Below the pieces are notes generated by a model. The model worked only from the letters and a program-made list of their open reading frames with translations, was not told where the DNA came from and ran no database searches. From Camelus ferus (Eukaryota): a stretch of DNA of 64,000 nt. Position 1 is the stretch's first letter; every line of letters begins with the position of its first letter. Shown here one piece after another: positions 1 to 12,300 of this stretch. The position numbers and the translations under genes were made by a program. The stretch spans positions 120,096,001 through 120,160,000 of the forward strand of contig NC_045697.1 of NCBI RefSeq assembly GCF_009834535.1. Reading direction: 5' to 3'.

Positions 1-3000
1 CACTCAGGATAGCAGAACACATCTTTGTGTGTGTGATGGTGTAGAAAAATACACTCCAGGCATATTTCTGGGGGTACAGCTGTTCCCAGGTTTGGAGATG
101 TCGCCTAATTACCTCCACTGCCAATGTGGAGGCAATCTATACTTCTTCGCTTTGCAGAACATTTCCCAAATTTCCCTTGCAGCCCGGCCTATTAAAACAC
201 CTAGGGATGACAATATTAGTGATTCTATGAGAAACCCATCGCTGCTGCCTGTTGGAGGTACAACACAAACTCAAAATTCTGGAACATGGCTTTGCTTGGT
301 GGAGGTGTGGAGAGCAACACCACAAGATTCCTGGGGGCACATTTCTCTATCTCTGGGAGAAGTCTTCTAATTACCTCTACAGTCAATCTCTGGGCACTCG
401 TTGCTACTTGGCTTTCCAGCCGAACCCCAAGCTTTCCCTCGCAGCCCGCCCTGGAAAACACTCAGAGATATTAAGTTAATGGTTCTATTGCAACTCAAGC
501 ACTGCAGACCGTTGTAGGAACCTACGCACACGCAAGATAACAGAAAAATTTTTTTGTGTCTCATTGAGATGGTAAAAGCTCCACGCATGTTTCAGGGTGT
601 ACTGGTGTTCCTAGGTTGTGGGAGGTCAGATACATCCCACTACAGCCCATGGGGAAGTACTCGCACCTGCTTGGCTTTCCAGCCCATCCCTCAATTTCCT
701 TTGCAACCCAGCCTGAGTAAACAATCAGGAAATATAGCTAAAGTTTCTACCAGTGCCCCGGAGCTGCAGTCTGTTGTAGGAACTTCAACACACACAGGAT
801 TCCCAAACACGGCTTTGCTTGGAAGGGTTTTGAAGCCCCAATCCACAAACATGGCTGGGGGCACAAGTTATTCCTTGTTAGGAAGAAGTCCGCTAATTAG
901 CTCTACAGTCCTTCTGGGGCACCCGCTGCTACTTGGAATTCCAGCCCAACCCCCATTATTCCCGTGCAGACCGGCCTGGTTAACACAGAGGGAAAAGAAG
1001 CTATTGGTGCTATTTGAACCCATGCCCTGCTGACAATTGTGTAAACCTTCGAACACTCAGGATAACAGAACATATCTTTCTGTGTGTGACGGAGTAGGAA
1101 AACACACTCCAGGCATGTTTCGGGGGCACAGATTTTACCAGGATGGGAGATGTCGCCTAATTACTTCCACTGCCAATGGGGAGGCACTCTATACTTCTTC
1201 GCTTTCCAGACTAATTCCCAGCTTTCCTTTGAAGCCCGGCCTAAGGAAACACCTAGGGATGACAATATTAGCAATTCTATCAGAACCCCATCTCTGCTGA
1301 CAGTTGGAGGTACAACACACACTCAAAATTCTGGAACATGGCTTTACTTGGTGGAGGTATGGAGACCAACACCACAATATGCCTGGGGGCACAGTTTCTC
1401 TCTGTCTGGTAGAAGTCCGCTCATTACCTCTACAATCAATATCTGGGCAATCCTGGCTAATTGGCTTTCCAGCCGAACCCCCAGTTTCCCTCGTAGCCCG
1501 CCCTGGAACACACTAAGAGATTATAAGCTAGTGGTTCTATTGGAACCCAGGCACTGCAGACCGTTTTAGGAAGCTCCTCACACGCAGGATAACAGAACAC
1601 TTATTTTGTGTCTGATAGAGATGTTAAAAATTCCACGCATGTTTCAGCGGGTACAGGATTTCCTATGTTGGGGGATGTCATATTATTCCCATTAACGTCC
1701 ATGGGGAGGTAATCGCTCCTGCTTGGATTTCCATACCATCCCCCAGTTTCCCTTGCAACCCAGTCAGAAGAATCAGTCAGGAAATATAGCTAAATTTCTA
1801 TTAGAAGCCAGGCGCTGCTGACAGTTGTAGAAATCTCCCCATACACATGGAAACAGAACACTTCTTTGTGTGTGAAATGGGGTAGAAATAAACAGTACAT
1901 GCATGTATCAGGGGTGCAGGTGTAACCAGTTTGGGAGACGTTGGCTAAGTATCTCCACAGCCCATGGGGATGCACTCAGTTTTCTTCGATTTCCAGCCCT
2001 ACTCCCAGCTTTCCCTTGAAGCCCGTGTTAGGAAAACACTCAGGGATGACAAACTAAATCATTGTATCAGAACCAGTGCGCTGCTGTATGTGTGGAGGAA
2101 CCTCCAAACACTCAGTATTCTGGAACACGGATTTGCTTGGTGCGAATTGTGAAGCCCCACAGCACACTCAATCCTGGGGCCCAAGATTTTCCCTTTTAGG
2201 GCCAAGTCCTCTAATTACCTCCATAGTCCATCTCTGGGTACTCACTGCTACTTGGATTCCCAGCCCAACCCCCATGTTTCCCTTGCAGCCCGGCCTGGGG
2301 TAACACAGAGTGAAAAGAAGCTATTGGTGCTATTCGAACCCATGCACTGCTGACAAATGTGGAAACCTTCGAACACTCAGGATAACAGAACATATCTTTC
2401 TGTGTGTGATTTTGTAGGAAAACACACTCCAGGCATTTTTATGGGGATCCAGGTTTCCCCAGGTTGGGAGATGTCGTCTTGATTCCTTCAGTGTCCATGG
2501 GGTGGCACTGCTTTCTTCTTCCTTTTCAAGCCCAACTCCCAGCTTTCCCTTGCAGCCCGGACAAGTGAAACACCCATGGAAGACAAATAAGTGATTCTAT
2601 CAGAACCCAGGCCTTGCTGTCTGTTGGAGGATCCTCCAAAGCTTCAGTATTCTGGAACACGTCTTTTAGTGTGGGGAGTTGTGGAAACCCAATCCACGCA
2701 GATGGATGGGGTCACTGATATGTCCCTGTTAGGGAGAAGTCCGCTAAATACTTCCACATTGAATCTTGGGGCACTCGCTTCTTCTTAGATTTTCAGCCTA
2801 TCCCCCAGGTTTCACTGGGAGTCCAGCCTTGTAAAACACTCAGTTATAATAAGCTATGTTTCTATTGGAACCCTGGTGCTGCAGACAATTGTAGGTACCT
2901 CCCCACAATCAGAATAACAGAACACTATTTTGAGTGTCTCATTTAGATGGGTAAACTAAATTCACGCATGTTTCAGTTTGTGTAGGAGTTCCTAGGTTGT

Positions 3001-6000
3001 GGGAGGTCGGATATTTACATCAACTGTCCATGGGGATTCCCTAGCAGTTGCTAGGATTCCAGCCCAACCCCCAGCATTCCCTCGCATCCAGGCCTGTGAA
3101 AACTACTCAGCGAAAAAAGCTACCGTTTCTATAAGAACTAAGGCGCTCCTGACAGTTGTAGAAACATCCCTACACTAAGGAAAACAGAACAAAGCTTTGT
3201 GTGTGTGATGGATTAGGAAAACACAGTAAGGCATGTCTCTGGGTTTCAGGTGTTTGCAGGTTGTGAAATGTTGGCTAATTACCTCCACTGTCCATGGGGA
3301 AGAACTCTCTTCTTCTTCGATATCCAGCCCTAATCCTAGCATTCCCTTGAAGCCCGACCATGGAAAACACCCAGGGATGACAAACTAAATAATTCTATCA
3401 GAACCAGGGTGCTGCTGTACGTTGGAGGAACATCCAAACACTCAGGATTCCAGAACACGGATTTGTTTGGTAAGAATTTTGAAGCCCCAGAGCACACTAA
3501 TTGCTGGGGCCCAAGATTTTCCCTTTTAGGGCTAAGTCCGCTAATTACCTCCATAGTCCATCTCGGGGCATTCGCTGCTACTTGGATTTAAAGCCCAAAA
3601 CCAAACTTTAACAGGCAGACCTTCCTGGGAAGCACACAGGGAAAATATGTTATTGGTTGTAACGGAACCCAAGCTCTACCTACCGTTGTAGGAATCTTCC
3701 CACAACTAGGATAAAAGAAGAAACTTTTGTGTGTCTGATGGAGATGGGTAAACAAACTCCAAGGATGTATCAGGGTGCTTAGTGTTTCCAAGGCTGTGGG
3801 ACGTCGGAAAATTACCTCAAATTCTCATGCGGAGTAACTCGCTGCTGCTACGAATTACAGCCAAGCCCACAGCATTACCTGGCAGCCAGGCCTGTGAAAA
3901 AACTCATGGAAAACAAAATACTGGTGCTACTAGAACCCAGGCGCTCCTGAAAGTTGTAGAATACTCCGCACAATCAGGATAGCAGAACAAATATTTTTGT
4001 GTGTGTTGGTGTAGGAAAATACACTCCAGGCATGTTTCTGGTGTTACAGCTCTTCCCAGGTTTGGAGATGAGGCCTAATTACCTCCACTTCCAATGGGGA
4101 GGCACTCTATACTTCTTCACTTTCCAGACCAACTCCCTGATTTCCTTTGAAGCCCGGCATAAGGAAACACCAAGGGATGACAATATTATTGATTCTATGA
4201 GAACCACCGCCTCTGCTGCCTCTTGAAGTAACAACAAACACTCAAAATTCCGGAACATGGCTTTGCTTGGTGGAGGTATGGAGACCAACACCACAAGATG
4301 CCTGGGGGCACAGTTACTCTCTGTTTGGGAGAATTCCGCTATTTACCTCTACAGTCAATCTATGGGCAATCCTGTCTTCCTGGCTTTCCAGCCGAACCCA
4401 CAGTTTCCCTCGCAGCCCGCCCTGGAAAACACTCAGAAATTATAAGCTAGTGGTTCTATTCGAACCCAGGACCTGCAGAACTTTGTAGGAAGCTCCGCAC
4501 ACGCAGGATAACAGAACACATTTTGTGTGTCTGATTGAGATTCTAAAATCTCCACGCATGTTTCAAGGGGTACAGGTTTTCCTAGATTGGGGGTGTTCAG
4601 ATTATTCAGAGTTAATGCCCATGGGGAGTTAATCGCTCCTGCTTGGATTTCCATCATATCCCCCAGTTTCCCTTGCAACCCAGTCAGAGAAAACAGTCAG
4701 GAAATTTAGCTAATATTTCTATTGGAACCCAGGCGATGCTGAGAGATGTAGAAACTTCTCCATACACAGTTTAACAGAACACTTCTTTGTGTGTGTGATT
4801 GAGTAGGAAAACAGAGTCCATGCATGTATCTGGGGTGCAGGTGTAACCAGGCTGCTGAGACGTTGGCTAAGTATCTCCACAGCCCATGGGGAGGCACATC
4901 AGTTTTTCTTCGTTTACAGCTCTACTCCCAGCTTTCCATTGCAGCCCGGGTTGGAAAACACCCAGGGATGACAAACTAAATGATTCTATCAGAAATCAGG
5001 CGCTACTGTCCCTTGGAGGAACCTCCACACACACATGATTAACAAACACGTCTTTGCTTGGGAGAATTGTGAAGCCCCACTGCACACACATGGCTGAGGG
5101 CACAAGTTTTTCCCTGTTATGTAGATGTCCGCTAATTACCTCTACAGACAATCATGGGGCACTCGCTTCTACTTGGATTTCCATCCCAACCCCCAGGATT
5201 CCCTTGCAGCCCGGCCTTTGGAAACACACAGTGAAAAGAATCTACAGGTGCTATTAGAACACATGCGAGGCTGACATTTGTGGAAAACTTCGAACACTCA
5301 TGATAACAGAGCACATCTTTCTGTGTGTGAAGGATTAGTAAAACACACTCCAGTCATATTTCTGGGGATCCAGTTTTTCCCAGGTTGGGAGATGTTGACT
5401 AGGTACCTTCAATGCCCATGTTGATGCATTGACTTCTTCTTCGTTTTCAAGCCCAACTCCCAACTTTCCCTTGCATCCCGGTCTAGGATTATACCCAGGG
5501 ATGACAGTCTAAGTGATTTTTTCAGAGCTACGATGCTGCTGTATTTTTTAGGAACTTCCAGAAACTTAGGATTCTGGATCACTTCTATGCTTGGGGGTAG
5601 CTTTGGAGACCCACACCACAGAGATGGCTTGGGGCACAGGTTTTTCCCTCTTAGGGAGATGTCCGCTAAATACCTCCACAGTCCATGAACGGTCACTCGA
5701 TGCAACATGGCTTTCCAGCGCAAGCGCAGCATTCCCTCGCTGGCCGGCATGGGAAAACAATCAGGGATAATAATCCAGTGGTTCTATTGGAACCCAGGTG
5801 CTGCAGAACATTGTAGGATACTCCCCACACCCAGGAAAAGAGAACACTTCTTTGTGTGTCTCATGAATTTTCGTAAAAAATCTCCACGCGTGTTTCAGGG
5901 GTTAAGGTGTTGCTAGTTAGTGGGAGTTTAGAAAATTCCCACCAATGCCCATGGGGAGGCACTCGCTCCTGCTTGGCTTTCCAGCCCAACCCACAGATTT

Positions 6001-6362
6001 CCCTCTCAGCACGGCCTGGGAAATCACTCAGGGATAATATGCTATTGGTTGTATTGGAACCCAGTAGCTACCTACCTTTGTAGGCTCCTTCCCACATCTG
6101 GGATAACAGAAGAAAACTTTGTGTGTCTGATGGAGATGGGTAAACAAACTCCACGCATATTTCAGGGGGCACAGGTGTTCCAAGGCTGTGGGACGTCGGA
6201 AAATTACCTCAAATTCTCATGGGGAGTATCTCACTGCTGCTACAAAATACAGCCAAACCCACAGCTTTACCTCGCACCTAGGCTTGTGTAAACACTCACG
6301 GAAAAGAAAATACTGGTGCTATTAGAACCCAGGCGCTGCTGATATTTGTAGAATCCTCCCCA
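1..6362 (+). repeat. HOR copy 1, 24-mer (6362 bp); monomer class order A B C B A B C A B A B C A B C A B C A B A B C C
   Basis: Anchor CACTCAGGATAGCAGAACAC at 1 and 6363; equivalent ORF-track entries at 29 and 6391; 6362/265=24. Class heads: A = ...TTTGTGTGTGTGATGG..GTAGGAAAA; B = ..ATTCTGGAACACGG.TTTGCTTGG; C = ..TTTGTGTCTGAT.GAGATGG.TAAA. Confidence 0.93.
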
Positions 6363-9300
6363 CACTCAGGATAGCAGAACACATCTTTGTGTGTGTGATG
6401 GTGTAGAAAAATACACTCCAGGCATATTTCTGGGGGTACAGCTGTTCCCAGGTTTGGAGATGTCGCCTAATTACCTCCACTGCCAATGTGGAGGCAATCT
6501 ATACTTCTTCGCTTTGCAGAACATTTCCCAAATTTCCCTTGCAGCCCGGCCTATTAAAACACCTAGGGATGACAATATTAGTGATTCTATGAGAAACCCA
6601 TCGCTGCTGCCTGTTGGAGGTACAACACAAACTCAAAATTCTGGAACATGGCTTTGCATGGTGGAGGTGTGGAGAGCAACACCACAAAATCCCTGGGGGC
6701 ACATTTCTCTCTCTCTTGGAGAAGTCTTCTAATTACCTCTACAGTCAATCTCTGGGCACTCGTTGCTACTTGGCTTTCCAGCCGAACCCCAAGCTTTCCC
6801 TCGCAGCCCGCCCTGGAAAACACTCAGAGATATTAAGTTAATGGTTCTATTGCAACTCAAGCACTGCAGACCGTTGTAGGAACCTCCGCACACGCAAGAT
6901 AACAGAAAAATTTTTTTGTGTCTCATTGAGATGGTAAAAGCTCCACGCATGTTTCAGGGTGTACTGGTGTTCCTAGGTTGTGGGAGGTCAGATACATCCC
7001 ACTACAGCCCATGGGGAAATACTCGCACCTGCTTGGCTTTCCAGCCCATCCCTCAATTTCCTTTGCAACCCAGCCTGAGTAAACAATCAGGAAATGTAGC
7101 TAAAGTTTCTACCAGTGCCCCGGAGCTGCAGTCTGTTGTACGAACTTCAACACACACAGGATTCCCAAACACGGCTTTGCTTGGAAGGGTTTTGAAGCCC
7201 CAATCCACAAACATGGCTGGGGGCACAAGTTATTCCTTGTTAGGAAGAAGTCCGCTAATTAGCTCTACAGTCCTTCTGGGGCACCCGCTGCTACTTGGAA
7301 TTCCAGCCCAACCCCCATTTTTCCCGTGCAGCCCGGCCTGGGTTAACACAGAGGGAAAAGAAGCTATTGGTGCTATTTGAACCCATGCCCTGCTGACAAT
7401 TGTGTAAACCTTCGAACACTCAGGATAACAGAACATATCTTTCTGTGTGTGACGGAGTAGGAAAACACACTCCAGGCATGTTTCGGGGGCACAGATTTTA
7501 CCAGGATGGGAGATGTCGCCTAATTACCTCCACTGCCAATGGTGAGGCACTCTAAACTGCTTCGCTTTCCAGACTAATTCCCAGCTTTCCTTTGAAGCCC
7601 GGCCTAAGGAAACACCTAGGGATGACAATATTAGCGATTCTATCAGAACCCCATCTCTGCTGACAGTTGGAGGTACAACACACACTCAAAATTCTGGAAC
7701 ATGGCTTTGCTTGGTGGAGGTATGGAGACCAACACCACAATATGCCTGGGGGCACAGTTTCACTCTGTCTGGTAGATGTCCGCTCATTACCTCTACAATC
7801 AATTTCTGGGCAATCCTGGCTAATTGGCTTTCCAGCCGAACTCCCAGTTTCCCTCGTAGCCCGCCCTGGAACACACTAAGAGATTAAAAGCTAGTGGTTC
7901 TATTGGAACCCAGGCACTGCAGACCGTTTTAGGAATCTCCTCACACGCAAGATAACAGACACTTATTTTGTGTCAGATATAGATGTTAAAAATTCCACGC
8001 ATGTTTCCTCGGGTAAAGGATTTCCTATGTTGGGGGATGTCAGATTATTCCCATTAACGTCCATGGGGAGGTAATCGCTCCTGCTTGGATTTCCATACCA
8101 TCCCCCAGTTTCCCTTGCAACCCAGTCAGAAGAATCAGTCAGGAAATATAGCTAAATTTCTATTAGAAGCCAGGCGCTGCTGACAGTTGTAGAAACCTCC
8201 CCATACACAGGGAAACAGAACACTTCTTTGTGTGTGAGATGGAGTAGAAATAAACAGTACATGCATGTATCAGGGGTGCAGGTGTAACCAGTTTGGGAGA
8301 CGTTGGCTAAGTATCTCCACAGCCCATGGGGATGCACTCTGTTTTCTTCGATTTCCAGCCCTACTCCCAGCTTTCCCTTGCAGCCCGTTTTAGGAAAACA
8401 CTCAGGGATGACAAACTAAATCATTCTATCAGAACCAGTGCGCTGCTGTATGTGTGGAGGAACCTCCAAACACTCAGGATTCTGGAACACGGATTTGCTT
8501 GGTGCGAATTGTGAAGCCCCACAGCACACTCAATCCTGGGGCCCAAGATTTTCCCTTTTACGGCCAAGTCTGCTAATTACCTCCATAGTCCATCTCTGGG
8601 TACTCACTGCTACTTGGATTCCCAGCCCAACCCCCATGTTTCCCTTGCAGCCCGGCCTGGGGTAACACAGAGTGAAAAGAAGCTATTGGAGCTATTCAAA
8701 CCTATGCCCTGCTGACAAATGTGGAAACCTTCGAACACTCATGATAACAGAACATATCTTTCTGTGTGTGATGGTGTAGGAAAACACACTCCAGGCATTT
8801 TTATGGGGATCCAGGTTTTCCCAGGTTGGGAGATGTCGTCTTGATTCCTTCAGTGTCCATGGGGTGGCACTGTCTTCTTCTTCCTTTTCAAGCCCAACTC
8901 CCAGCTTTCCCTTGCAGCCCGGACAAGTGAAACACCCATGGAAGACAAATAAGTGATTCTATAAGAACCCCGGCCTTGCTGTCTGTTGGAGGATCCTCCA
9001 AAGCTTCAGGATTCTGGAACACGTCTTTTAGTGTGGGGAGTTGTGGAACCCCAATCCACGCAGATGGATGGGGTCACAGATATGTCCCTGTTAGGGAGAA
9101 GTCCGCTAATTACCTCCACAGTGAATCTTGGGGCACTCGCTTCTTCTTAGATTTTCACTCTATCCCCCACTTTTCACTCGCAGCCCTGCCTTTTAAAACA
9201 CTCAGTGATAATAAGCTATGTTTCTATTGGAACCCTGGTGCTGCAGACAATTGTAGGTACCTCCCCACAATCAGAATAACAGAACACTAATTTGAGTGTC

Positions 9301-12300
9301 TCATTTAGATGGGTAAACTAAATTCACGCATGTTTCCGTTTGTATAGGGGTTCCTAGGTTGTGGGAGGTCGGATATTTACATCCACTGTCCATGGGGAGT
9401 CCCTTGCAGTTGCTTGGATTCCAGCCCAACCCCCAGCATTCCCTCGCATCCATGCCTGTGAAAACACTCAGGGAAAATAGCTACAGTTTCTATAAGAACT
9501 AAGGCGCTCCTGACAGTTGTAGAAACATCCCTACACTAAGGAAAACAGAACAAAGCTTTGTGTGTGTGATGGATTAGGAAAACACAGTAAGGCATGTCTC
9601 TGGGGTTCAGGTGTTCGCAGGTTGTGAAATGTTGGCTAATTACCTCCACTGTCCATGGGGAAGTACTCTCTTCTTCTTCGATATCCAGCCCTAATCCTAG
9701 CATTCCCTTGAAGCCCGACCATGGAAAACACCCAGGGATGACAAACTAAATAATTCTATCAGAACCAGGGTGCTGTTGTATGTTGGAGGAACCTCCAAAC
9801 ACTCAGGATTCCGGAACACGGATTTGCTTGGTACGAATTTTGAAGCCCCAGAGCACACTAATTGCTGGGGCCCAAGATTTTCCCTTTTAGGGCTAAGTCC
9901 GCTAATTACCTCCATAGTCCATCTCGGGGCATTCGCTGCTACTTGGATTTAAAGCCCAAACCCAAACTTTCCCAGGCAGACCGGCCTGGGAAGCACACAG
10001 GGAAAATATGTTATTGGTTGCAACGGAACCCAGGCTCTACTTACCATTGTAGGAATCTTCCCACAACTAGGATAAAAGAAGAAACTTTTGTGTGTCTGAT
10101 GGAGATGGGTAAACAAACTCCAAGGATATATCAGGGTGCTTAGTGTTTCCAAGGCTGTGGGACGTCGGAAAATTACCTCAAATTCTCATGCGGAGTAACT
10201 CGCTGCTGCTACGAATTACAGCCAAGCCCACAGCTTTACCTGGCATCCAGGCCTGTGAAAAAACTCATGGAAAACAAAATACTGGTGCTACTAGAACCCA
10301 GGCGCTCCTGAAAGTTGTAGAATACTCCGCACAATCAGGATAGCAGAACAAACATTTTTGTGTGTGTTGGTGTAGGAAAACACACTCCAGGCATGTTTCT
10401 GGTGTTACAGCTCTTCCCAGGTTTGGAGATGAGGCCTAATTACCTCCACTTCCAATGGGGAGGCACTCTATACTTCTTCATTTTCCAGACCAACTCCCTG
10501 CTTTCCTTTGAAGCCCGGCATAAGGAAACACCAAGGGATGACAATATTATTGATTCTATGAGAACCACCGCTCTGCTGCCTGTTGGAAGTACAACAAACA
10601 CTCAAAATTCCGGAACATGGCTTTGCTAGGTGGAGGTATGGAGACCAACACCACAAGATGCCTGGGGGCACAGTTACTCTCTGTTTGGGAGAATTGCGCT
10701 ATTTACCTCTACAGTCAATCTCTGGGCAATCCTGGCTACTTGGCTTTCCAGCTGAACCCACAGTTTCCCTCGCAGCCCGCCCTGGAAAACACTCAGAAAT
10801 TATAAGCAAGTGGTTCTATTGGAACCCAGGACCTGCAGAACTTTGTAGGAAGCTCCGCACACGCAGGATAACAGAACACATTTTGTGTGTCTGATTGAGA
10901 TTCTAAAATCTCCACGCATGTTTCAAGGGGTACAGGTTTTCCTAGATTGGGGGTGTTCAGATTATTCAGAGTTAATGCCCATGGGAGTTAATCGCTCCTG
11001 CTTGGATTTCCATCATATCCCCCAGTTTCCCTTGCAACCCAGTCAGAGAAAACAGTCAGGAAATTTAGCTAATGTTTCTATTGGAACCCAGGCGATGCTG
11101 AGAGTTGTAAAAACTTCTCCATACACAGTTTAACAGAACACTTCTTTGTGTGTGTGATTGAGTAGGAAAACAGAGTCCATGCATGTCTCTGGGGTGCAGG
11201 TGTAACCAGGCTGTGAGACGTTGGCTAAGTATCTCCACAGCCCATGGGGAGGCACTCAGTTTTTCTTCGTTTACAGCCCTACTCCCAGCTTTCCATTGCA
11301 GCCCGGGTTGGAAAACACCCAGGGATGACAAACTAAATGATTCTATCAGAAATCAGGCGCTACTGTCCCTTGGAGGAACCTCCACACACACATGATTAAC
11401 AAACACGTCTTTGCTTGGGAGAATTGTGAAGCCCCACTGCACACACATGACAGAGGGCACAAGTTTTTCCCTGTTAGGTAGATGTCCGCTAATTACCTCT
11501 ACAGACAATCATGGGGCACTCGCTTCTACTTGGATTTCCATCCCAACCCCCAGGATTACCTTGCAGCCCGGCCTTTGGAAACACACAGTGAAAAGAATCT
11601 ACTGGTGCTATTAGAACACATGCGAGGCTGACATTTGTGGAAAACTTCGAACACTCATGATAACAGAGCACATCTTTCTGTGTGTGAAGGAGTAGTAAAA
11701 CACACTCCAGTCATATTTCTGGGGATCCAGTATTTCCCAGGTTGGGAGAAGTCGGCTAGGTTCCTTCAATGCCCATGTTGATGCATTGACTTCTTCTTCG
11801 TTTTCAAGCCCAACTCCCAACTTTCCCTTGAATCCCGGTCTAGGATTATACCCAGGGATGACAGTCTAAGTGATTTTTTCAGAGCTACGATGCTGCTGTA
11901 TTTTTTAGGAACTTCCAGAAACTTAGGATTCTGGATCACTTCTATGCTTGGGGGTAGCTTTGGAGACCCACACCACAGAGATGGCTTGGGGCCCGGTTTT
12001 TCCCTGTTAGGGAGATGTCCGCTAAATACCTCCACAGTCCATCAAGGGTCACTCGCTGCAACATGGCTTTCCAGCGCAAGTGCAGCATTCCCTCGCAGGC
12101 CGGCCTGGGAAAACAATCAGGGATAATAATCCAGTGGTTCTATTGGAACCCAGGTGCTGCAGAACATTGTAGGATTCTCCCCACAGACAGGAAAAGAGAA
12201 CACTTCTTTGTGTGTCTCATGAAGTTTCGTAAAAAATCTCCAAGCGTGTTTCAGGCGTAAAGGTGTTGCTAGATAGTGGGAGTTCAGAAAATTCCCACCA

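Noticed and set aside
26..36. (TG)4-5 runs at A-monomer heads as microsatellites or Z-DNA
   Set aside because: Too short; they are a fixed part of the monomer consensus.
2022..2036. CENP-B-box-like word CCCGTGTTAGGAAAA (reverse-strand pattern CCCGnnTnnnnCGAA) and GGGTTGGAAAAC in monomer 19
   Set aside because: Only 7 of 9 core positions match and the essential TTCG CpG is missing. I found no canonical nTTCGnnnnAnnCGGGn by eye; a regex scan of both strands is needed to exclude it fully.
1..6362. Tandem LTR/retroelement, rDNA, 5S, tRNA or snRNA gene cluster as the 6.36-kb unit
   Set aside because: The unit is entirely tiled by 265-bp monomers, with no gag/pol ORF, PBS/PPT, poly(A) tail or recognisable structural RNA. 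A remote TE origin of the monomer cannot be excluded without a Dfam search.
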